Origin: Reclinomonas americana ATCC 50394
Taxonomy: Eukaryota
Reading direction: 5' to 3'
Length of the DNA stretch: 34,709 bases
NCBI GenBank assembly: GCA_048213135.1
Contig: PS015731.1
Location: 1 to 34,709, forward strand
Shown: positions 25,570 through 34,709 of the stretch, in pieces
Position numbering within the stretch: the stretch's first letter is position 1
How the letters are laid out: every line of letters begins with the position of its first letter
Program-made: the position numbers and the translations under genes
Notes under the pieces: generated by a model
What the model was told of the DNA's origin: nothing
Seen by the model: the letters and a program-made list of their open reading frames with translations, nothing else
Database searches by the model: none

Positions 25570-26474
25570 ATGGTGCGTGTCGCGCGCACTGCACACTTCC
25601 CGCCCGTTTGCACTCACACTGGCTGCGCAGCTTCGTTTGACACGGGTGTGCCTGGGCGGAGGATGGCGCGAGTGGTTTCGTCGCACGATGGAAGATGCAG
25701 TGCGCTCACCGCGTCATCCGCACGTGTTTGGTGGCCTCTCCGAGGTCGAGTTTGAGCGAATGGCATTGATGCCACGCGAGGAGATTGTCGGCAAGGAGTA
25801 CGCATCGTTTGAGGTGCGCACGGACACACACACACACACACTCTCTCTCCCTCTGCATCCCTCACCTGCATCGGCAGCATTTCAAGAAGCGCTTCCCGTC
25901 GTACTCACTGGACGAGTCGCTGCCGTTGCCGCCAGAGCGCGTGGAGATTGAAGAGTGTGATGAGCAAAGAGGAGGAGTAATGGAGCGTCGATCGGTGCTG
26001 TTGGTGTTGCCGGCATCGCAGGTGCTGCAGATTCAGCATGTGCTGGAGAAGGAGCCGGGTGTGAGCGTGGCGGAGCTGGCGCGCCGTTTCAATGTGGCCA
26101 CTGATCATATGCAGTCGGTTTGTGGCGTCGTGCTTACAACACTCGGTTGTTGTCGTGCTGAGTGCGGAGCCGATTAGATTCTGGATGAGGGCGCTTGGCG
26201 ACATGCAGTGCACAGCTTCTCGTGGAGGTACTTTGAGACGCCGGAGGCCGAGGCGCTGCTACGTTCTGTGCATCATCCGGACTTTGACGAGAATCCCGAG
26301 TTCTGGAGTCGAAAGCAGGAGGAGGAGCCGGAGGAGACGCATGCGGCCATGGCCGATAAGTTCGCTGCGGCCGAGGAGGAGCAATTACGTGCCAAGCAGC
26401 AGCAGGTGGATTCCATGCGGCACCCAATGGAGGATGAGCCGATCACGCCGTTTGGAGCGGGCAGACCATCGTAA
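25570..26474 (+). CDS. Probable mitochondrial protein of unknown function (weak resemblance to the NDUFAF4 C-terminal helices)
   Basis: ATG|intron 25573-25630|LRLTRVCLGGGWREWFRRTMED gives an Arg-rich, acid-free presequence-like start. Later segment SVAELARRFNVATDH...RYFETP. Stop TAA at 26472-26474. Confidence 0.55.
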
Positions 26475-26507
26475 TACAACAACATTGTACATTGTTTCTC
26501 AATTTTT

Positions 26508-29500
26508 TCAGGCCTCCTCGCGGCTCTTGAACGCCAGGTACGCGGCTTGAATTCTCTCGCCGGCGAGCTGCTCACGCTTAGTGAGACGCCGTGGTGGCGG
26601 TGACATTAGTGACGGTGAGCGCTGCGATGCGGAGGCAGTGGCTGGAGTGGTCGCTGTTGGTGGTGCATTGTCCACATTATCAACATCGATCGCCGCGGGC
26701 GACGACGGAGCCGCCGTCTTCTCCGCATTGGGTTTGGGAGCCACAGCAGTGCGCGGGCTGTTGGACTTGGAGCCAGTGGGTGTGCCTGACTTGGAGCCCG
26801 ACGGAGTGGCCGACTTGGAGGTCGGTGGCGTCGCGGGTTTCGAGCCTGCCGGTGTCGGTGGCTTCGGGGCGCTCCGTGGCGTTCCTGCCTTGGACGCTGT
26901 CGGTGTGGCAGCCTTGGATGCCACCGGTGTAGCGGTCTTGGAGTTCGACGGCGTGCCGGATTTCGAGCCGGCTGGTGGCTTCTGACCACGCCCGGACGAA
27001 GGCGGTGAAGTGAGGCTTGCGGACGACGTCTCGTGGGCGATGTCATGCAGCGGCGCCGGCCGAGTGGGAGTGATCTGCGAACGAGTGAGACATGCTGCAC
27101 TGCACAGGTGTACGGCAGGCATCGTGTACCTCCTCGACTGAGTCTTCGTGAGCCGCTGCGGATTGCAATGAAGCCGGCGATTTGTCGACTGCTTCCACAG
27201 GCGCAGCAAAACTCTGCTGTTGCGGAGGAGACTGCTCATAGCGCGCACGCGCACACACACACAGATGAGAACTTGCAATGTGCACAAGTAAGCACAGATG
27301 ATTCCACCTTGATTTCCACCGGCGATCGGCCACTGGATCGCGCGCTGCCATTGCTGCTGCCGCCACCCGTCGCAGTCTGCAACACACATAGTGTAAGCGG
27401 GTGTTCGTGTAGACAACGAGTGGAGCCCGCTGCAGCTCACCAAGTCGTCGGAGTTGCGTCGTACACTTGCCAGCTGCAGGGCCGCACCGATGCGTTCGGC
27501 TGCCGCACGTTCTCGTGGCGTCATGCGTCGAGCCGGCGGCTGCAACACACCGATGAGCGAAAGCGAGGAGCACGAGATATGTGGAGAGAGGAGACACACC
27601 GACATCATTGGCGACGACGCATTCGGCAATGGAGACTGCGCAGAAAGGACCAACAAATGATCAGCATAACGAAGGCAAGAGCGATTGCGTGGCTCTCCGA
27701 GTCAATGCCCACCGTAATTTCAGTTGCCGCCTTGCGCGCCTCCTCAGCCGCCTCCTCCGCAGCCTTGCGAGCAGCCTCAGCTTCAGCGGCAGCAGCCTTC
27801 CGCGCCGCTTCTGCTTGTTCCTCTGCGGCCTTGCGAGCAGCCTCAGCTTCTGCCTCCGCAGCCTTGCGTGCTGCTTCAGCCTGTTCCTCTGCAGCCTTGC
27901 GCGCCGCTTCAGCTTCAGCCTCCGCGGCCTTACGTGCTGCTTCAGCCTGTTCCTTTGCAGCCTTGCGAGCAGCCTCAGCTTCAGCCTCCGCAGCCTTGCG
28001 TGCTGCTTCAGCCTGTTCCTCTGCAGCCTTGCGCGCCGCTTCAGCTTCAGCCTCCGCGGCCTTACGTGCTGCTTCAGCCTGTTCCTCTGCAGCCTTGCGC
28101 GCTGCCTCAGCTTCAGCCTCCGCAGCCTTGCGTGCTGCTTCAGCCTGTTCCTCTGCAGCCTTGCGCGCCGCTTCAGCTTCAGCCTCCGCGGCCTTACGTG
28201 CTGCTTCAGCCTGTTCCTCTGCAGCCTTGCGCGCTGCCTCGGCTTCAGCCTCCGCGACCTTGCGTGCTGCTTCAGCCTTTTCCTCGGCGGCCTTCAGCGC
28301 TGCCTCTGCTTCTGCTTCCGCAGCCTTGCGAGCAGCCTCGGCTTGTTCCTCAGCGACCTCGCGCGCCGCCTCGGCTTCAGCAGCAGCAGCCTTGCGCGCA
28401 GCTTCAGCTTCAGCCTCCGCGGCCTTGCGTGCTGCCTCGGCCTGCTCCTCTGCAGCCTTGCGCGCAGCTTCAGCTTCCGCTTCCACAGCCTTGCGTGCTG
28501 CCTCGGCCTGCTCCTCTGCAGCCTTGCGCGCAGCTTCAGCTTCCGCTTCCACAGCCTTGCGCGCCGCTTCCGCCTCTTCTTCAGCGGCCTTGCGCGCCGC
28601 TTCTGCCTCTGCCACCGCGGCCTTGCGTGCTGCCTCGGCCTGCTCTTCTGCAGCATTGCGTGCAGCTTCAGCTTCCACTTCCACAGCCTTGCGCGCCGCT
28701 TCCGCCTCTTCTTCAGCGGCCTTGCGCGCCGCTTCTGCCTCTGCCACCGCGGCCTTGCGTGCTGCCTCGGCCTGCTCCTCTGCAGCCTTGCGCGCAGCTT
28801 CGGCTTCTGCCACCGCGGCCTTGCGCGCTGCCTCCGCCTCAGCTACAGCTGCCTTGCGAACCGCCTCGGCTTCCTCCTCAGCGGCCTTGTGAGCCGCCTC
28901 AGCCTCCTCCGTCGCGACTTCGCGAGCCGCCTCGACCGCTGCTGCTACTCTGGCCTCCTCCTCAGCGGCCCGTTGGCGCCGCTGCTGAATCTCTGCGAGT
29001 TTGGCCTGCTGCACCGAGCGGACAATGTCCTCGGTGATCGCCTGACGCATGGCCGCGCGACGCTGTCGAATAGCCGCCGCTTTCTCCTCCTGCACCGCAC
29101 GTACAGCGTCCACGGCTGCCTGGTGACGGTCGTCGTCCTTGGCGTCGCCGTCTTCGTGCCGACGCTGTGGTCACACATGAATTAGGGTGAGGCGACGAAA
29201 AGAAAATGCTGATGAATACTAGGGGAGGACGCACCGCTGATGCTTGTCGTTGTTGCTCTTCCACAACAAACAGTGGAACGGGAGGCGACACGCGATCGAC
29301 TTCGATTGCCAAGTTCTGTGACACACGCAGACAAATGAGAACGACAATCACGGGCATGCGGCACACACACACACACACAATTGCACACACCATTGGTTCC
29401 TCCAGTGTGAGATCAGAGAAGCTGTCGTTCGTGGTGTCGTTCTTGCCGCGGCCGGCCGCAGATGCCGGCGACAGGAGCGTAGCAGGAGAGACTGGAGCTG

Positions 29501-32500
29501 ACGACGCGGGCATCGCTGCCGAACTCGCTGGCTCCTCCACGCCGTGCACATCACCACTCTCGCCAATCGACTCGAACTCTTCCTCGAAAAGCCCGTGGCC
29601 CGAGGCCTCAGCTGGCGGCAGCGACTCGGGTGGACCCTGTGGCGGCGCCTCCACGAACATTTCGTGGCTACGCACATCGCCCATGACATGAGTCATTTGC
29701 CGTGGCTTGGACGATGCTTCGGGAGCAGCGCTGTGCGACGGTGCAGCAGCTGCCTTTGGCGCAGTGGAGTGAACGGCTGTGCCAGTCACGTTGCTCGCCG
29801 GCGGCGGTGCGGAAAGCGCCGCTGGCGCTGCTCCATGCTTGTCGTGTTCCGACTCCTCCAGCACCTCGTCGATCAGACCGCCAAAGAGCTGCAGCGAGAC
29901 TGGGCGAGTGAGCAACACGTCACACTGTTTGGGCAAGCAATGAGTGACCAACCCCCGACGGTTTCTTCTTGGCCGCAGTCGCCGACGCAGTCGGCTTGTG
30001 CTCATCGTGTGGTGGTGCAGCAACAGGGGCAGCAGGCTTCTTCGATTCCACATCGCTGTCCGAGTTCTCCTCGTCGGATTCGGAGTCAGAGCCATGCTTC
30101 TTGTCTTTCTGCTTGCCACCCTTCCTCTTCTTCTTCCCCTTGTCGTGCTTGCCACCGTGCCCCTTGTCGGAGGAGGGCGTCTGCGAGGCAATATCAGTGA
30201 GCAATGGGCTATCGCAGGAGAGGAGAGACACGAAAACAATCATCGTCACCTTTGCGTGATCCTTATCGCTGGAGTCGGAATCGCTGTCGCTGTCGTGCTT
30301 CGCCTTTGGCGAATGCTCGTCATGCTTCGCTGCAGGCGGCGCAGGCGGATGCTCGTCGTGCTTCGCAGCTGGCGGCGCAGGCGGGTGCTCGTCGTGCTTC
30401 GCAGCTGGTGGCGCAGGCGGATAATCGTCGTGCTTCGCAGCTGGCGCAGGCGGGCGCTCGTCGTGCTTCGCAGCTGGCGCATGCGGATGCTCGTCATGCT
30501 TCGAAGCTGGTGGCGCAGGCGGATGCTCCTCATGCTTCGGTGCCGGTGGCGCGGGCGGGTGCGCTTCATGCTTCGCAGCTGGCGCAGGCGGACGATCGTC
30601 ATGCTTCGCAGCTGGTGGCGACTGCGGATGATCATCGTGCTTCGCCTTTGGCGCATGCTTGTCGTGCTCCGCCTTCGGCGAGTGCTTCTCGTGTTTCGAA
30701 TCAGGCGAGTGCTTGTCGTGCTTCGCCTTTGGAGAATGCTTCTACACGCAACATGTGAGCATCTGAGGCGAGCGAGTGCGCGAAATTAAGCGTCGTACCT
30801 TCTTCTCATGGTGGTCTTCGTCGCTCGAATACGAGTCACTGTCGTGACTGCTGTCGTCTTTCTTGTGCTTTGCCGCCACCGGAGCCTGTCAGGCGCTGCC
30901 AAGGTGAGGCACACATGCACCAACGTAAGCAGCTGCGCGTGTCAAATCGTGTACCTGAGGAGCGGGAGCAGGAGCGGGAGCAGGTGCAGGTGCAGGTGCT
31001 GGCGCAGGAGCAGGCGCAGGCGAGTGATGCGCCTGGGTGACGACAGGCTGCGCGAGAGTAACCGGTGTCTGCCGCGTGTCACAGTGTGGTCAGCAGGCAA
31101 CAAGAACCACATGGGGGTGGTCAGTCATCACGGACCTTCGCATGATGATCATCATCACTCGAATATGAGTCGCTGTCGTGATGATGCTTCTTATCGTCAT
31201 GCTTCTTTTTCTTCTCCGATTCCGCTGCCTTGTCCTGTGAAACCATGCATGTCAACGCGAGAAGCACAACATACAAGTGAAGAGAAGAATCAGTGTACGC
31301 ACATGATGCTGATGCTGGTGGTCATCCTTCTTCGGAGACTTGTGCTTCCGCTTCTTGTGGTCGTCGTCGTCGTCGCTGTCGTCGTCGTCGCTGCTGTTGT
31401 GGACTACGAATGTCCCGTCACTGGTGGCCTCTGACAACCTGCGCCGCGCCGCCAGTGGATCGGTCGGTTGACGGAGACCCTCGTCGGAGGCGTGGTGCGC
31501 ATGGTCGGAATTCTTCTGTGCTTTTTCGATACGGGCCAGTGGGTCTGGTCCGTCGCTACCCAAGTCCAGCGAACCTGAGGGGCGATGATGCTTGCCGCCA
31601 TTCGTCGGTGTTGAGTCTGACGAGTCTCCTGGAGGGTGCGGCAGCGGCACTGGAGCCGGGGCGGGGACAGGGGCCTTTGGGGCCTCTGGGGATTGCGGGT
31701 GCTTGTTGGCATGTGAGGGCGACGTCTTGTGCTCCGCCTGCTTCGGCGCCTCTTCGGCTGGTCGGCGGCCGAGGAGGGTCTCCCAAGCGTCCTTGCCATT
31801 GGGGCCTTGACTGTCGTCGTTCATACTATCCGGGCTGTTACGACCGGAGCCGCCATTGGCAACTGTGGAAGAAGGTTAAGTTTCGTGCGCGAAGCATCGA
31901 CATGCATGCATGCACACGGGTCCACGCAACGCTGTGAGAGGCTCGAGCGCGCGGCCTTGTCGATCGGCGTGACAGTAAAGTATGGCACGAACTCGCCACG
32001 AGCAGCGACAATGCGCAGAGTCTCGCGCAGTCGTGTCTGCTCCTCCTGCTCCTGGAACACAGTGCGCTGTGCGCTGTACACGCGCCGCACAAAGGCGTTC
32101 TCCTTGCCAGTCTTTTGTGCCTGAGTGTTACAAGCGTCTGAGTTTAGTGGCACGCCCTCACCCGCACACATGCGTTCACGTACCGCCTGCAAGTGTGTCT
32201 GCGGCAGCAGGAATGGATTCCGGCGGGCCTTCAGTCCCATGAGAACCGAGACGTGAGTGCGATCAAAGAACTCGAGATCAGTCTGCATCTTCTCCAGGTA
32301 GTTCATTCCGTTCCACAAGAATGGCTGCTTGAGTGTAAGTCCCTCCTGTGTAACAATACGTGAGTACCATCACACCCAGTCGCGACTCGGCAAGCATTCG
32401 ACGAACCCGCCAGTGGATAATCGCCTCAGTGGTCTCCAGTGTGGCCTTGCGCACTGCGGACAACGCATTTTCGATCTCGTGACTAAACACGCGTGTCTCC

Positions 32501-33840
32501 AGCGCCCTGCGCATCATCACACCAGCAGTTAGTACAACAGCGCACAGTCAGAGAGAGCAACGTGAGCACACACACACAACTGCGTAATGTCCGACGACAG
32601 CTCCAACAGGTGCGTCAGGTCGCTGAGCCGCTGCTCACGCAGCTCAACGGACTTGAGGACGTCAAGGGTCCGTGATCGATGCTGCAGCAGACGAATGACT
32701 TCCAGGTGCAGAGCCGACAGGTTCTGCGCCGAAATCACGTCAAAGTACTCGGCAGCAAAGTCCTCCATGTCCTCAGTGGGAATGTGCAGCTCCTCCCACA
32801 GCGACACAATTCTGCACGGTCGTGTTGACGTATCAGTGCATGCATCCACACTCACCAGTCGCCATGGTGAAACGACGCAACTTGGCCTTTGATCGCTCAA
32901 ATGTCTGCTCGAGTGACTCGTGAGAATCCTCAATCGGCGTCAACTGGCGACCTCGCAGCGGCTTGTGTGGGATCACAGGCTCGTCCTCAAACCAGTTATT
33001 GGGACGGCTGCGAGGAGCCGAGTGACCGCGCGGCGGCAGCGGGCGTTGCGGACGCGCACTGTGACTGCGACCGCGCAGCGGTGCCCTGGCCGACGTCGGT
33101 GCACCGTACACGAGCGTGGCTGCCACCGTCGAGTTGGGTGCTCGCGTCGAGGACGCTGAGCGTGTGCGGCCCTGACGAGCAGCTGCCGTGCCGTTTCCAG
33201 CAGCAGCGGCACGTCCAGGCACCGGAGACGACGGCGCCGAGTCGCCACCATACGGAGCCGCCAGTGGCGGGGGCGGCATGTCCCCACCACCGCTGTACAT
33301 TGGCGATGTCTCCTGACGATGCCGCCTGCCCAGCGCCACACGCTGCTGCTTGTGATAGTTGCGCCAGAACTCATCGGTCTTGGTGAAAATGCAGTGCCGA
33401 TCGAGAAGCGCGTTGTACTGTGGAATGCGGTCCAAGTGATGCCGATAGTCCCAGCCGGACTCGGCCACCACCAGGTTCGAGCTGCCGCAAACACAGCGTC
33501 GAATGAGGCGACAAACCCCAGCAAGCAAAACAAAAGAACGGCGGCTATACCTGGGCGAGGGACCGCGGCCACTGCGAGGCTGACTCGACGATCGCTGGCT
33601 CGTCGCACCTCCGACACCGCCGGCAGGAGCATTGCGCGCCCCCAACGGATGCATGTACGAGCCACCGCCGGGACTGGGCGACGTGCCGCGCTTACTCACG
33701 TGCTGAGTGGGGAATCGCTGCTGCTGCTGTTGTGATTGTGGTGGCTGTTGATGTTGCGGATAGTGAACGTGATGAGAGGGGCTGCTCTGATCCGACATGG
33801 ACGACGACGACGTCATGCTGCTGTCTGCGCTGCGATTCAT
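26508..33840 (-). CDS. Very large low-complexity/coiled-coil protein with one globular-looking domain and a C-terminal IQ-like motif
   Basis: Exons I checked splice in frame from MNRSADSS through IVSLWEELHIP...VRKATLETTEAIIHWR...PFLWNGMNYLEKMQTDLEFF...RNPFLLP. Then come His/Pro repeats, AEAEAARKAAE repeats and S/T/P-K repeats, ending AGERIQAAYLAFKSREEA*. Not every junction was verified. Confidence 0.6.
27724..28900 (-). repeat. Coding tandem repeat, 33-bp (11-aa) unit with a 66-bp higher-order period
   Basis: Alternating EQAEAARKAAE / AEAEAARKAAE units, about 35 copies, in ORF 27605..29113. Confidence 0.95.
30290..30740 (-). repeat. Coding imperfect repeat KHD(E/D)HPPAP(P)AA / KHSPKAKHD
   Basis: Recurrent gtcgtgcttcgcagctgg(t)ggcgcaggcgg units of about 27-36 bp on the + strand. 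Confidence 0.85.
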
Positions 33841-34280
33841 CTTGTCGACTGGGGAGAAAGAGAGACACTCTCTCGCCGAGCGCGTGCGTGCGTGTGAATC
33901 GTCGCAAGTCGCTCCTGCGAATGAAAACAACAGTCAGCCTAAAAACGCTGCATCACTTGCTTCACTGCCTCCCTTTACCCTTGCACACATAGGCAGGTGC
34001 TTCTTTCTCTTTCTTTCTCGTGTTGTCACAGACATTCACACGCAGTGTGTGCGAGAGAGAGAGAGCAATCGCGTGAACAGGAGCAAGGGCAACGTCAAGT
34101 GCAGAACGGTCACGAATCGACGCGCACACTCACACACGCTCGCACACACACTCTTTTGCCTTCTTTCTCACTCACTCGCACCACACTCACCTCTCTCACG
34201 CAGCGCACTCTGGGTGTTTGATAGCAACGGACGGAAAATTCGTCTTCGGTTTCGCCGTTTCCGTACGCCTTCTTTTTTTA

Positions 34281-34709
34281 CTACAAGAAATCAAGCATGG
34301 CTTCTGTGGCGCGTCGCTTCTGCAGCTGCTCCTGCTTGCTGTGCTGCCGTGTGTTGTGATCGATAGTTTGCAGGTGCTCCTCGAATTGCGCCACGAGCAG
34401 CGACACTGCATTGTCGGCCTCCGATGGTCCTTGTACACGGCGTGCGCACTCCAACGCCTGTGTGTGTATGTGGTGAGGGAGAAAGGGGAAGAGGAAAGGG
34501 AGACAGACGAGGACGCAACATCGGTGATGACGACAATGGCTTCGCCGTGCAGTCCTTGCGCGGAGAGAGTGCTGGCCAAGTTGCCCTTGGTCAGCAACAC
34601 ATCGACGTGATCGGCGCCCTGCTGCGATTGCCGCAGAGCAATGGCTTCTCGGTGCAGCTCGGTGGCCTCGGCGTGCAGTCCCTGTGCAGCCGTGGTCAGC
34701 GAATGTGGG
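34281..34709 (-). CDS. TPR protein (kinesin-light-chain-type repeats), 3' end only
   Basis: AQGLHAEATELHREAIALRQSQQGADHVDVLLTKGNLASTLSAQGLHGEAIVVITD|ALECARRVQG...AMLDFL* matches the KLC-type TPR pattern GxxHxxxxxxxxNLAxxxxxQG. The intron donor is at 34519. Confidence 0.7.
   Translation of the reverse strand, partial: PTFADHGCTGTARRGHRAAPRSHCSAAIAAGRRSRRCVADQGQLGQHSLRARTARRSHCRHHRCCVLVCLPFLFPFLPHHIHTQALECARRVQGPSEADNAVSLLVAQFEEHLQTIDHNTRQHSKQEQLQKRRATEAMLDFL

Noticed and set aside
27033-29185. Three long + strand ORFs (619, 534 and 437 aa) overlapping the repeat
   Set aside because: Antisense shadows of the stop-free 33-bp coding repeat. The - strand AEAARKA frame connects to flanking spliced exons.
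27724-30740. Tandem repeats as a CRISPR-like array
   Set aside because: No unique spacers; unit lengths are multiples of 3 and code for protein; eukaryotic context; no cas genes
29944-30789. + strand Arg/Trp/Val-rich ORF (RRRMLVVLRSW repeats) that looks like a cationic peptide array
   Set aside because: Antisense of the KHDEHPPAP exon of the large - strand gene
1-34709. Frameshifted pseudogenes or an alternative genetic code to explain the fragmented ORFs
   Set aside because: The frame breaks I examined are all resolved by short GT(GC)-AG introns, and TAA, TAG and TGA all appear as normal stops
1-34709. U12-type (GTATCCTT / AT-AC) introns, RNA genes and transposons
   Set aside because: No such motifs were seen by eye; covariance-model and repeat searches were not run

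Overview
Eukaryotic nuclear DNA, probably from a GC-rich protist, with very dense gene packing and many short spliceosomal introns (mostly about 55-110 nt) containing CA/GA microsatellites. The six-frame ORF track is misleading here, so I spliced genes by hand. About 13 protein-coding genes result: a 5'-truncated M16-family peptidase, a signal-peptide type I membrane protein, MAK16, a small hypothetical protein, a REV7/MAD2L2-like HORMA protein, an RCC1-repeat protein, a 7-exon nickel superoxide dismutase (sodN), WDR7-like, a ubiquitin-like + Kelch protein, a helical-repeat + TPR protein, a probable mitochondrial protein, a large repeat-rich coiled-coil protein and a truncated TPR protein. Highlights: (1) more than 20 introns begin with the +1-shifted donor GTTGCGT alongside ordinary GTGCGT, suggesting that shifted/bulged U1 recognition is a major splicing mode in this organism. 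(2) An intron-rich NiSOD has a cleavable leader instead of a ubiquitin fusion. (3) The NiSOD ATG lies only 10 nt after the WDR7 stop, a possible bicistronic unit. (4) There is also a split start codon, a 6-nt microexon and a GC-AG intron. All gene models are manual and have not been checked against transcripts or databases.
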